From positions 1 through 43,218 of the IMG/VR virus record IMGVR_UViG_3300045241_000059: a stretch of 43,218 bases of DNA; one strand, 5' to 3'. How positions within the stretch are numbered: the first letter of the stretch is position 1; each line of letters opens with the position of its first letter. This document shows, piece by piece, positions 31,982 through 40,572 of the stretch. A program made the position numbers and the translations under genes. The notes beneath the pieces are model-generated. The model made no database searches. It was not told the DNA's origin and saw only the letters and a list, made by a program, of their open reading frames with translations. This DNA is from a virus.

Positions 31982-32161
31982 TCAGGGGAACAGCGATCTG
32001 CGATCAGGTCCGCTGATGCAGAACGACACCACCCGCAGTGGCGGCGGCCCAACGATCTGGGTCACCGCCGACTGGCAGGCCTGCAGCGAGCTGTAGCCGT
32101 CGACGTGGGTGACGCTGTGGGTGGCGCCGAGCCAGGCGAAGATCAGGAGGGTGTAGGTCAT
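31982..32161 (-). CDS. Small protein with a hydrophobic N-terminus
   Basis: Starts MTYTLLIFAWLGATHSVTHVDGYSSLQACQ. ATGA overlap with the upstream stop. Confidence 0.45.
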   Translation of the reverse strand: MTYTLLIFAWLGATHSVTHVDGYSSLQACQSAVTQIVGPPPLRVVSFCISGPDRRSLFP

Positions 32162-32709
32162 GGCTCCCTCATGGATGCCCAAGTGGAACTCGGCGGCTGA
32201 TCCGGAAGTGCATCCCACTGCGCCTGCGACAGGCCAAATTTAGTCCGAACCGCCTCGGGCGCGAACTCGGAGGCCGCTCGCGGCGCGTCGCCACCCCGCA
32301 GTCGTTCCAGGAGGCCCCTGAAACCTTCTGCAATACGCGTACGCTCGTTTTCCACAGCCGGCCCTAGGATGGGAGCCTCCCGCTCCTCCAACTGCACCTG
32401 TGACCGTCCCTGCCAATCTTCGGCCCACGCCCGCGTCGACTTTGCGGGTGCATAGCGCTCGCAGGCCTCGTTGACCTCGGCCAGGCACGGAACGAATTTT
32501 GAGGATTTGGCCACGTCGGCGACGGCGCGCTCGCCGACCCAGAACGAATAGCCGCAGAGCAGCGAAGTGACGGCCGCCATGTAGATTTCAGGATCGTGCA
32601 GATTTACCGAAGGGTAGCAGCCCAGCATCCGGTCGACCAGCGCCGCCGCTTGGCTGCGCGTCATCGGCGTGATCACCATTCGCGAAAGCTTTGAGTTCTT
32701 GTTGGGCAC
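32158..32709 (-). CDS. Hypothetical replication-module protein
   Basis: 183-aa ORF with a GTG start after CCGAAAGGACCTACC. Confidence 0.5.
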   Translation of the reverse strand: MPNKNSKLSRMVITPMTRSQAAALVDRMLGCYPSVNLHDPEIYMAAVTSLLCGYSFWVGERAVADVAKSSKFVPCLAEVNEACERYAPAKSTRAWAEDWQGRSQVQLEEREAPILGPAVENERTRIAEGFRGLLERLRGGDAPRAASEFAPEAVRTKFGLSQAQWDALPDQPPSSTWASMREP

Positions 32710-33367
32710 GGTAGGTCCTTTCGGCGCGGTCTTCGCGGGATCCTGGACGAGGCAGCGGACTGCCGGACGGCGCGCGCGCCCGCAGCCCCGCGGCCTGATA
32801 CGGCGAGGTCACCCAGTTGCGAAAAGCGGCGTTGAGATCGCGGTATTTTTTGTCGTGGGCAATGACGTAGTTGCGAAAGCGACCAGCCTCAAAGGCAATA
32901 TGTTCGGGCGTGCAGCCGTGGTCGGTTGCAAATTGGACAGTCTTCTCGTTCGGCGTCCAATCTGATGGCGCACACTCTATAGCTTTCTTTCTTTCTTTCT
33001 TAATCTTTCTTTCTTTAGGAAGAGAAGAAAGAGAAGGAAGTAAGCAAGTACTATCGAGGGGGGTGTGGGGGGATTTCCCGGTTTGGTGATCACTAAGTAT
33101 TTGAGTAATAGGCGCTTTTTCGGTTTGGTGATCACGCTGATCACCAGTGATCACGCTGATCACCCGCTGATCATTCTGATCAGCGCTGATCACCCGTTTC
33201 TTTGCCTTGTAGCGCGCTTGGGCTTGCGCGTGCTTCGACCGGCCGGCTTGCTCTGCCGCAGTGGCAGCCGCCAGTTCAGCCTCGATGCGCTCGGCCGCTG
33301 CAGCCAACGCATCCCCTGTCAGGCCTGCAGCCATCAATTCGCGTAATGCGGCAGCAATCACGCTCAT
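32588..33367 (-). CDS. Putative replication initiator (O-like) with an internal origin-like repeat array
   Basis: Starts MSVIAAALRELMAAGLTGD at ATG 33367. The C-terminal segment DWTPNEKTVQFATDHGCTPEHIAFEAGRFRNYVIAHDKKYRDLNAAFRNWV is typical of phage initiator/DnaT-type domains. Iterons lie within the ORF. Confidence 0.55.
   Translation of the reverse strand: MSVIAAALRELMAAGLTGDALAAAAERIEAELAAATAAEQAGRSKHAQAQARYKAKKRVISADQNDQRVISVITGDQRDHQTEKAPITQILSDHQTGKSPHTPLDSTCLLPSLSSLPKERKIKKERKKAIECAPSDWTPNEKTVQFATDHGCTPEHIAFEAGRFRNYVIAHDKKYRDLNAAFRNWVTSPYQAAGLRARAPSGSPLPRPGSREDRAERTYRAQQELKAFANGDHADDAQPSGGAGRPDAGLLPFGKSARS
32983..33040. repeat. Pyrimidine tract (CTTT)n followed by the complementary-type purine tract
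   Basis: 32983-33016 is CTTTCTTTCTTTCTTTCTTAATCTTTCTTTCTTT. 33017-33040 is AGGAAGAGAAGAAAGAGAAGGAAG. Confidence 0.7.
33079..33191. repeat. Iteron array: two CGGTTTGGTGATCAC copies and seven phased TGATCA(C) units (8 GATC sites)
   Basis: 15-mers at 33079-33093 and 33121-33135. GATC sites at 33088, 33130, 33139, 33149, 33158, 33169, 33178 and 33188, with the last seven spaced 9-11 bp apart. Confidence 0.7.
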
Positions 33368-33371
33368 GCCA

Positions 33372-33800
33372 TCACCCCGATCGCGACTGTTGAATTTTTC
33401 GGCGCTCGTCCATGCGGGTGGCGAGGTCGCCGATCGTGCGCAGCGCCGCGCGGCCGCGCAGCACGCCCCAGTCCTCGAGGATGGCGACCGCCTGGTCGAT
33501 GCTGTCACAGACTGCAGTGATTGCACCGGCGCGCTCGAGCGCCACCAGCGCCTCGCGTTGCGTGGGCCCTGGCTTGCGACCGGGCGCCTTGAGCTCCATC
33601 GCGAACACGCGCGCGTTCATGATGATGAAAATGTCGGGGACGCCGGCGCGCACGCCGAGACCGTACAGGATCGCGGCCTCGATCTTTGAGCGCTGGCCGC
33701 CATTCGGGACATGGAAGAAGAAGATGTTGGGCACGCCACGCGCGTGCAGGTGGGCGATCACGCCGCGCTGGATTTTGTCCTCGGGGCGCTCGCGCCTCAT
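33372..33800 (-). CDS. VRR-NUC domain nuclease
   Basis: Contains KIQRGVIAHLHARGVPNIFFFHVPNGGQRS...GVRAGVPDIFII...AMELKAPG...PTQREALVALERAG. Start at ATG 33800. Confidence 0.8.
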   Translation of the reverse strand: MRRERPEDKIQRGVIAHLHARGVPNIFFFHVPNGGQRSKIEAAILYGLGVRAGVPDIFIIMNARVFAMELKAPGRKPGPTQREALVALERAGAITAVCDSIDQAVAILEDWGVLRGRAALRTIGDLATRMDERRKIQQSRSG

Positions 33801-34258
33801 GGCCGCCACCGTTCCCAGGCCACGCCGGCGTGCTTGGCGCAATAGGGCTTGCCGTCGATCTGGGTCAGCCCGCAGTAGCGGAATTCTGGGGTCTTTGGAT
33901 CGCCGAACGGCCACCGGCAATGATGCGGCTGTAAGTCGGCCAACGTCACAGTGCCGATCTTGGGTTCGATGATCGGCGTCGGCGGTGGTAGTGGGCGCCG
34001 TGAGATCTTCTCGCGTAGGCGCGCGTCCATCACGGCGGGTGATGCGCGGCTGGGGGATGGCTTGCGGTTGCGCTTGCGCTTGCCGACGAGCCGACCCCAT
34101 TGGGAATTCCAAGGGATCTTGTGGCGATGGATTTTACCGATGACGGCGTTGCGGGTACGGCCGGTCTCCGCCGCGATCTCGCTGGCGGTCAGTCCCTGCC
34201 TGGCGAACTCCGTGAGGCTTGCGAGTAACTGTTGGTTCCACTGTTGTGGCCACGCCAT
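33797..34258 (-). CDS. gcrA: GcrA-like cell-cycle regulator homologue
   Basis: N-terminal LTEFARQGLTASEIAAETGRTRNAVIGKIHR and C-terminal HHCRWPFGDPKTPEFRYCG...GKPYCAKHAGVAW match the two conserved GcrA modules. Confidence 0.8.
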   Translation of the reverse strand: MAWPQQWNQQLLASLTEFARQGLTASEIAAETGRTRNAVIGKIHRHKIPWNSQWGRLVGKRKRNRKPSPSRASPAVMDARLREKISRRPLPPPTPIIEPKIGTVTLADLQPHHCRWPFGDPKTPEFRYCGLTQIDGKPYCAKHAGVAWERWRP

Positions 34259-34471
34259 GCGGTGTCCTTTGGTGCGCGGCCGCGTGGGGCCGCTACGCAA
34301 CGTAGAAGGGTTGGTTCCAGCTCCTAAAAATTAGGTTTACTCGCCGTCGAAATCCGTTCCGCCTACGCAACGCATCCGCTATGGTGCAACCCGCTGACAT
34401 GTAGCCACCGACCAACATGTGTGGCTGTCTACAATCGCTGCACCAACTTTGCTGGGGCAAGGAAGCAGACA

Positions 34472-34735
34472 ATGGACCAGACCAATGTACCCGCGCTGAA
34501 AATCGTCGACTTCAATACTTCCGAGCGGGAGCACTACGACAAGTGCACGCAGTTGACGCAGTACAACGACACAATCATCTTTAGTTTTGCGCAGCAGGAG
34601 CCGTACGAATACGCGCCAGGGGCCGCGGTCGAGCAGGTTCTGATGGTGCGCAAGCGCATCTCTATCGGCCTCGAGGAGGCGCGCGACCTCTACGCGATGT
34701 TGCACGACGTCTTGCACGAAGCCGGCCACGGCTGA
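34472..34735 (+). CDS. Hypothetical protein on the opposite strand (moron-like)
   Basis: 87 aa from ATG 34472, after AGGAAG. GC is lower than in the flanks. Confidence 0.5.
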   Translation: MDQTNVPALKIVDFNTSEREHYDKCTQLTQYNDTIIFSFAQQEPYEYAPGAAVEQVLMVRKRISIGLEEARDLYAMLHDVLHEAGHG

Positions 34736-34743
34736 CATGATTT

Positions 34744-35004
34744 TCACGCCCGCTTCTTGCGTTGGCCGGCCGGCCGGCGCACGCGCAGCGTGGTTTTTGA
34801 GGCGAGCCTCGCCAGCAGCTCGTAAGTGATCCCCGCGTAACCGCGCTCGTCGGCGGCCTTGACCACAGCCAGCCAATGGTACGGCGGGATCGAGTCACGC
34901 GCGTACATCGCGTGGGCATGCTTGCGGGGGATGCCGACATCCTTGGCAAAGGTGCCGAAGCTGGGCCAGCGGGTGATGATACTTGCGTAGTTGGTGATGG
35001 GCAT
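34744..35004 (-). CDS. Cro/YdaS-like DNA-binding protein
   Basis: Contains FAKDVGIPRKHAHAMYARDSIPPYHWLAVVKAADERG. It is divergent from the CI-like gene. Confidence 0.55.
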   Translation of the reverse strand: MPITNYASIITRWPSFGTFAKDVGIPRKHAHAMYARDSIPPYHWLAVVKAADERGYAGITYELLARLASKTTLRVRRPAGQRKKRA

Positions 35005-35015
35005 GGCCCATGTTT

Positions 35016-35180
35016 CTACAAAATGTAGGAGGCCCTGTCAACTCCACTTTGTAGACGTTTTGTGCGACAAAATATTTGTGAATATCTACTCGTTATGTAG
35101 AAGGTTTTCTGGTAGTTGGGTATATGCGGCGACCCATTATGTAGACAAAACATATGGCCATTCCGATATCGGTGATGTAG
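35016..35180. promoter_or_regulatory. Immunity-region operator cluster: CTACAAAATGTAG plus four further TGTAG half-sites
   Basis: Full site at 35016-35028. Half-sites at 35050, 35096, 35140 and 35176, in the contexts TTATGTAGA, TGATGTAGG and TTTGTAGAC. Confidence 0.55.
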
Positions 35181-35188
35181 GATAAGCG

Positions 35189-35563
35189 ATGACGACTCGC
35201 GGCGAGCGCCTCAAGCAGGCACGAGAAGGTTACTTCAAATCGGCTCGGCAGGCTGCCATAGCTCTGGACGTACCCGTGGCAACCTATAATGCCCACGAGC
35301 ATGCACAACAAAAGGGCGGACGTGATTATTCTCCGGAGGAGGCGCAGCGCTACGCACACAAGTTCGGGGTCAGATCAGAGTACCTTTTGATGGGAATTCC
35401 TGGCGACCCGCCGGCCAATGACACCCAGCCAACCATCCCCGTGATCGGGTACGTTGAGCCCGGTGATATCGTGCATTTTTTTGGAGAGGACAAGATCGAG
35501 CGGGTCAAGATACCTCCAGGCTGGCCCGCGTCCTGTGGGTCTCGACGGTCGGTGCGTTGGTGA
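35189..35563 (+). CDS. CI-like repressor: XRE-type HTH plus only the first strands of an S24 (LexA-like) domain
   Basis: Contains ERLKQAREGYFKSARQAAIALDVPVATYNAHE, then PVIGYVEPGDIVHFFGED, then an unrelated tail and a stop. Confidence 0.65.
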   Translation: MTTRGERLKQAREGYFKSARQAAIALDVPVATYNAHEHAQQKGGRDYSPEEAQRYAHKFGVRSEYLLMGIPGDPPANDTQPTIPVIGYVEPGDIVHFFGEDKIERVKIPPGWPASCGSRRSVRW

Positions 35564-35654
35564 CATAGACCCGGTATAGGTTTCCGATCTGCGCGGAAAA
35601 GGCCTGTTCGAAGGCGCGCTGCATCAACAGCCTGATCCCATCAGCATCGCTCAT
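35505..35654 (-). CDS. Small ORF (49 aa) downstream of the tail fibre gene
   Basis: Starts MSDADGIRLLMQRAFEQAFSAQIGNLYRVYVTN. It overlaps the 3' end of the convergent repressor gene. Confidence 0.25.
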   Translation of the reverse strand: MSDADGIRLLMQRAFEQAFSAQIGNLYRVYVTNAPTVETHRTRASLEVS

Positions 35655-35665
35655 GGCGTCACACG

Positions 35666-37483
35666 TCATGCCGCTTCCAGCGCCTCGATCCTTGCCATCG
35701 CTTCTTGCAATGCCTTGGTCAGCGCTGCGCAGATCGCCATCAGGTTCGGCGACTGCACCTCGACGGGACTGTCCTTCTCGCCGGTCGCCGCGCTCGGCAA
35801 CAGCGTCTCCTGCAGCTCGTGCGCGATGAAGCCCCAGCGCACGATGTCGTCGGCTACGAAGGTCGGCGGTGGGATCTCGATTTGCGCCTTCGGGTCGGCC
35901 TCGCGGGCTTTGCGCGCCTGTTCCGCTTGCACAAGTCTGGTGGAGGGCGACGTAAATTCAGCCTGCGTGTAACTGATCGGCTTGAGCGCCTTCACCGCAT
36001 CCCAGGTCGACGCCAATGGCGCCACATCCTTCTTGATGCGGTAATCGCAAGTGATCGTCAGGGTGCCGACATTGGTGCTGTCGATCCACACCTGTGCGGC
36101 CGAGCCGGTCCAGTAGAAATTGTGGGCGTTGGTGTCGTAGGCGCCGGCATAACCGGCTCTCCCGTACATGCCGTTGGCAACAGAAACAACACCGATGCTG
36201 TTTATGGCAATGATGCCGGAGCCCTGAAAATTCATTTGCATGACATTGGAGGAACGCACCCAGACCAGGGACCCCTTCAACCCTGCCGCCTCGTCCTGCA
36301 ACTCGAACCGGGAATTATTGCCGACCGGCGCCCGTGAATGCACGCTACCGGCCGTCGTTGCGAGTACGCCACCGGCCTGGATGTAACTGCCCGCCGTGAT
36401 GGCGGCGGTAACACTCAAATTGGACGCAATCGACAGCCCGCCACCGACCAACGCGAAAAACCCGCTCGGATCGAATTTTAACTGCTTGCCGCCATCCTGG
36501 AAAAAATACACGCCGCCTTTGGCCTGGATGTTGCCATTGGCAGTGATGTCACCGGACGCGGCTATGGACGTCGTTGCTAGCGCCCCGGTTGTCGTCAAAG
36601 CACCATTCAGTTGCAAGGCCCCGCCGTCGAGCGTGTAGTAGCCCACTCCAGCGTCGAACCGCAGGTTTTGCCCGCCGGTCTGGAAAAACAGCGTGCCGCC
36701 TTTGGCCTGGATGTTGCCATTGGCAGTGATGCCGGCATTGACCTGCAGTTGCCCGGTCAGCGTCACCAACGAATTGCCGCGGCTGATCGTGAGAGGGGTG
36801 TCGAGATAAGTATTAGCACCGCCATATCTGAGAATGGAGAAGTCGTTACCAAAGTCGGCAGCCTCGGCGCCCTCGTTTCCCAGTCGCACGATCCAGCGGA
36901 CGGAACCGGCGGTCGTTCCCACGATCTGGCTGACGTCGCCGCCGGTCGCAGACGCTTTGTCTAAAAATAGGGTTGGCGTGCCTTTGCTGATCGTAAGATT
37001 TCCCGACATGGTGTCGCCGGCGCGGTCCACCTTGTCGGAGGGGTCATCGCGCACCCATGCCTGCCACACCCCACCAGCCTTGCGGCGCAAGTACTTGGTA
37101 TTGGTGGCGAGAGTGCGCGCCTCGAGAAAAAAGTCGCCGGCGAGGTTGGTCGTGTAGCAAATTCCTTCGAACCAATTGGCGCTGGCGCCGGCGCCTTCAG
37201 GCGTGTCGGTCGCGCCCGGTGACGCGAAGAACGATCCAGACTTGAAAGGGAACGTCGCGAAGTTGCGCACGTCGCCCTGGTTGGCGATCTCGCCGCCCAG
37301 CGCCACTATGGCGTCGACAGCATTGCTGGCGCCGGTGCCGCCGGAACTGATCGGCCGCGGCGTGTTGAGATCCGTCTCGACGTCCTGGACGTTGAGATTG
37401 TACTTCGCGCTCTCGATGGTCGTGTCGGTGACCGCGTCAATCCCAGCGGGACGACTGTACACGCCTGCTCCGTCGCGGGGCAT
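35666..37483 (-). CDS. Tail fibre with a C-terminal intramolecular-chaperone (peptidase S74-like) domain
   Basis: The N-terminus MPRDGAGVYSRPAGIDAVTDTTIESAKYNLNVQDVETDLN is fibre-like. Internal repeats read ITANGNIQAKGG. The C-terminus has DYRIKKDVAPL...WGFIAHELQE. Confidence 0.8.
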   Translation of the reverse strand: MPRDGAGVYSRPAGIDAVTDTTIESAKYNLNVQDVETDLNTPRPISSGGTGASNAVDAIVALGGEIANQGDVRNFATFPFKSGSFFASPGATDTPEGAGASANWFEGICYTTNLAGDFFLEARTLATNTKYLRRKAGGVWQAWVRDDPSDKVDRAGDTMSGNLTISKGTPTLFLDKASATGGDVSQIVGTTAGSVRWIVRLGNEGAEAADFGNDFSILRYGGANTYLDTPLTISRGNSLVTLTGQLQVNAGITANGNIQAKGGTLFFQTGGQNLRFDAGVGYYTLDGGALQLNGALTTTGALATTSIAASGDITANGNIQAKGGVYFFQDGGKQLKFDPSGFFALVGGGLSIASNLSVTAAITAGSYIQAGGVLATTAGSVHSRAPVGNNSRFELQDEAAGLKGSLVWVRSSNVMQMNFQGSGIIAINSIGVVSVANGMYGRAGYAGAYDTNAHNFYWTGSAAQVWIDSTNVGTLTITCDYRIKKDVAPLASTWDAVKALKPISYTQAEFTSPSTRLVQAEQARKAREADPKAQIEIPPPTFVADDIVRWGFIAHELQETLLPSAATGEKDSPVEVQSPNLMAICAALTKALQEAMARIEALEAA

Positions 37484-37555
37484 GATTTAAATCCTATTGC
37501 GTTCGGCCGCACTCAGGCGGCGCATTTTGGCGTTCGGCATCGCTCGTCTCCTTCA

Positions 37556-38431
37556 CTATTTTTCCGTTCGCTGGGCGCGCTCGACGACGCTCGGCTGCGT
37601 CACCGCTTGCTGGAGGAGCGCTTGGGTGACGATGTCTCGGCTGCTTTGCGGCACTAGAGTGTTGCCTAGATAGCCGCGGACCGGGCCGCTCCGTAGAAGT
37701 CGCTCAGTGGCGTAAGGTACGGACCCGCCGATTATGGCTCCTGGCAGTCCACCACCGAACTGATGACCAGCAGCGGCACCGATAGCGCTGGCGACCGCCT
37801 TGGCGCCCCCGCTGAACTTCGGTGCTGCGGTCATCGGTGAAAGCACCCTTGCTGCCCCGCCGCCGCCCAAAAGCGCGCCTGCGGCCTGGCCGTAGTTCGC
37901 GTAGGGTGTGTCCTTGGTCAACTCCTCGCCAGCGACCGAGCCGGCCGCGCCACCGAGTGTATTGGCCGCCCTGGCGGCGATGGCCGTCGGGAGTTGGCGT
38001 TGGCGGACTACCAATCCAGGGATCGATGAGATGTTGCGCGACGCCGCCATCCCGCCCCACGGAGTCATTGCGGCGGGAGCAAATTCGACCGCTCTTGAAG
38101 CGACCTTCCCAAGGTCTGTTTGCGGCTCGTAGAACTTGCCCGTATACGGCTCGACCGCCTGCTGGATTTCGGCCGAGGTTGGGAACCGAGTGGTCCCCTG
38201 CGCGCGCCGTTGTTGATTGACGGGCGGCAGACCGGCAAGCCCAAGACCGTAATCGACGGCGGCTTCTGTGCCATGCTGGATGTCGCCGGGCATGCCGAGG
38301 ACGCCGGTTGCAGCGCGCCCAAGTCCGCCGACAGCGCCCTTGTAGACGTCCTCGTAGTCTGACGTCGCGGGCTCCGGCAGCGTGTTCTCTTTCTCTACGC
38401 GCGCTCGGATCGCATCCCATTCGTTTGCCAT
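37556..38431 (-). CDS. Gly/Ala-rich putative internal virion protein
   Basis: 291 aa with hydrophobic G/A-rich segments, lying between the hydrolase protein and the fibre gene. Confidence 0.5.
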   Translation of the reverse strand: MANEWDAIRARVEKENTLPEPATSDYEDVYKGAVGGLGRAATGVLGMPGDIQHGTEAAVDYGLGLAGLPPVNQQRRAQGTTRFPTSAEIQQAVEPYTGKFYEPQTDLGKVASRAVEFAPAAMTPWGGMAASRNISSIPGLVVRQRQLPTAIAARAANTLGGAAGSVAGEELTKDTPYANYGQAAGALLGGGGAARVLSPMTAAPKFSGGAKAVASAIGAAAGHQFGGGLPGAIIGGSVPYATERLLRSGPVRGYLGNTLVPQSSRDIVTQALLQQAVTQPSVVERAQRTEK

Positions 38432-38433
38432 GA

Positions 38434-40572
38434 CTACCTCAGCTTCTCCCAGCTGTGATCATAGTCGAGCGGATTGCCTCTGAGATAGCGACGGGGAATG
38501 CCATCAGCAAAGTCGGTCACGATCTGACCTTTGTCTGGGGCGACAGGATCCTCGGGCTTGGTCTTCCAGGCAGTTACCGGCTGGTTGAGCCGGCGCTGGA
38601 TGGCCTCGTAGTCCTCGCGCACAGCGTTTCCAAAGTCTTGCAGCGCGGCGCGGAATTCCTTTGGGTTGGTTGCCTGGTTCAGGCGCGTTTGGGCGGCGGA
38701 CGCTTTGGCGCCCTCGATGTTGGAAATTTGGCCACCGCCCTTGAGAATATCTTGATAGACGCCAAGGAAGGCTTGGTTTTTGATTTGGTCGATGCGCAGC
38801 GCCAGCGCGCCGGCTTCCGTTGTCGGAATGAGCGACTTGGCTTTGCCGATGAGACCGAGGGCCTCACCGGATTTCACGGCTGGATTGTCGGCGATCTCTT
38901 GGATGTGCCTGGCCATCCGACCGAAGATTGGCGTAGCTTTCTCGCCGACCGCCATATCGGCCTCGATCTTTTTGGCTTGCGCTGCATCCCATAGCTTGGC
39001 CGGCACGCCAGGATTTGGTTCCGGCGTTGGAATGCCGATGCGTTGCGGACTGGCGGCGCTTCCCCACCGCTGGTCGACGAGGCCATAGGGAGTATTGACG
39101 ACTGGCGATGTCTGCCCGGTCGGCACTCGCGGCAATTCGTATTCCTTCCCGCGCAGCTCGAGCTCTTTTTCCGCCGAGGCTCTGGCCGCGACCTGATTGG
39201 CCGCCTTCGCAGTGGTGACGCGGCCTAGCTGCGCTTGATACTGCTGGTCGAGGATCTTGTCGTTGAAGGTGCGCTTGGCCGCTTCCTGCTGTGCGATCGG
39301 CTGCCAGATGCGCTGGACGTCAGGGTCGCCAGGGAACATGGCCATGCGCTGCAAGGCCTGTAGCTCGCGTGGCGATTGCGGGGTCGGCCGCGGCGGCTTC
39401 GGGTCTGGCACATAAAGCTCGACCGCCTCGGTCGGCGGGCGCGCAACGATCGGCTGATAGGCATCTTGCGATGCCGTTTGCGTCGGCGCGGCTTGTTGTG
39501 GCGCCGGCGGCGCGGACGGGATAGCAGTAAACGCATCGTTGATGCGTGCGGCGGGGGCCGCACCAGGCGGTGCCGATGGGATGTCGGTCATGGTCGGGGA
39601 AGCGCCGCCGCCGGTCAGAGCGGCCATGCGCTGCGGCGCCGTAGTTGGCACAAAGTCCGGCGTATTCTGTCGCGTGGCGGCAAGGCGGGCAAGCTGTTCG
39701 GGACGCTCTTGCTGTACATAAGTTTCGGCGCTGCCAGGTAGCTGGCCGGCAACGTTGTAGCGGCCGGAGGCGACACCGCGAGAGGCAACACCGCCGGAGG
39801 CATTACCGGTCGGCGCAAAGCCTAACGCCTGCCCACCGGCATCGGACCCGCGTAAAACCGGCGACAGGATATCGAGCGGGGCTGCCCCTCTTCCGAACGT
39901 AGATGCCGGATAATAGCCGGTCGATCCAGGGCCGGTGTATTGACGTGTCACCTGCGCCAGCGGCTGGTCGCGCGCGGCAGCGCGGTTCATGATTGTTTCG
40001 GCAATAATCTGCTGTTCTTGCGGGTTGTCCCCGACTTCGCCTCTGGCGATCGTCAGGATACGGTTCGCCAGAGCAGGGTTGGCCTGGAGCTCGGCAATTT
40101 GCCGATTGCGGTCATACACTGGGCGTGGCGGCGGCAGCGGAATGCGCCCCTGACCTGCGGGCACTTGCGGCGGCGGCGTCATAACTGTCGCGATCTGATC
40201 GCGCATCGGATTGGGAGCGGCGGGCTCGTCGGTCGCCGTCGGCGTCAACGCTGCCGTCCTGACGGGCGCGCTTGCGGGCGGCGTCTCGTCCGTTGGCTCG
40301 TTGTCTGCGGCCACGGTGGGAGGATAGGCCTTCGTTGCCTCCTGGCCGAGTGCTGCGGTTCGTGCCGCATCACGCCTGTCAAGGTCGCGCTGCGCTGCGA
40401 TGTCGTAGATGCTCTCGCCCACAGAGGTGAGGCCTTCACCGAAGTTTTTTGGATACGGCGAGCGCTTGCCAGCCAGCGCTTCGACGATCTTGCGGCGCGA
40501 TAGCAGCGCGTCGTAACTGCCAGGCCCGGTGGGTTGGTTGCCGAAAAAGGCGTAGGACAGCTCGTTGGCCAT
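38434..40572 (-). CDS. Internal virion protein with a SleB-like cell-wall hydrolase domain
   Basis: TIARGEVGDNPQEQQIIAETIMNRAAARDQPLAQV resembles the SleB/Hydrolase_2 core. 712 aa with P/A-rich linkers. Confidence 0.6.
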   Translation of the reverse strand: MANELSYAFFGNQPTGPGSYDALLSRRKIVEALAGKRSPYPKNFGEGLTSVGESIYDIAAQRDLDRRDAARTAALGQEATKAYPPTVAADNEPTDETPPASAPVRTAALTPTATDEPAAPNPMRDQIATVMTPPPQVPAGQGRIPLPPPRPVYDRNRQIAELQANPALANRILTIARGEVGDNPQEQQIIAETIMNRAAARDQPLAQVTRQYTGPGSTGYYPASTFGRGAAPLDILSPVLRGSDAGGQALGFAPTGNASGGVASRGVASGRYNVAGQLPGSAETYVQQERPEQLARLAATRQNTPDFVPTTAPQRMAALTGGGASPTMTDIPSAPPGAAPAARINDAFTAIPSAPPAPQQAAPTQTASQDAYQPIVARPPTEAVELYVPDPKPPRPTPQSPRELQALQRMAMFPGDPDVQRIWQPIAQQEAAKRTFNDKILDQQYQAQLGRVTTAKAANQVAARASAEKELELRGKEYELPRVPTGQTSPVVNTPYGLVDQRWGSAASPQRIGIPTPEPNPGVPAKLWDAAQAKKIEADMAVGEKATPIFGRMARHIQEIADNPAVKSGEALGLIGKAKSLIPTTEAGALALRIDQIKNQAFLGVYQDILKGGGQISNIEGAKASAAQTRLNQATNPKEFRAALQDFGNAVREDYEAIQRRLNQPVTAWKTKPEDPVAPDKGQIVTDFADGIPRRYLRGNPLDYDHSWEKLR

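Noticed and set aside
33372-34112. Long N-terminal extensions offered by the ORF track for several genes: 33372-34112, 18859-19848, 15953-16423, 8450-9094, 9634-12123, 20887-21297, 24648-25160 and 28086-29102.
   Set aside because: The extensions overlap the preceding gene in another frame and are R/P/A-rich. Internal ATGs with ribosome-binding sites or ATGA stop-start coupling give the conserved domain boundaries, so the shorter models were used.
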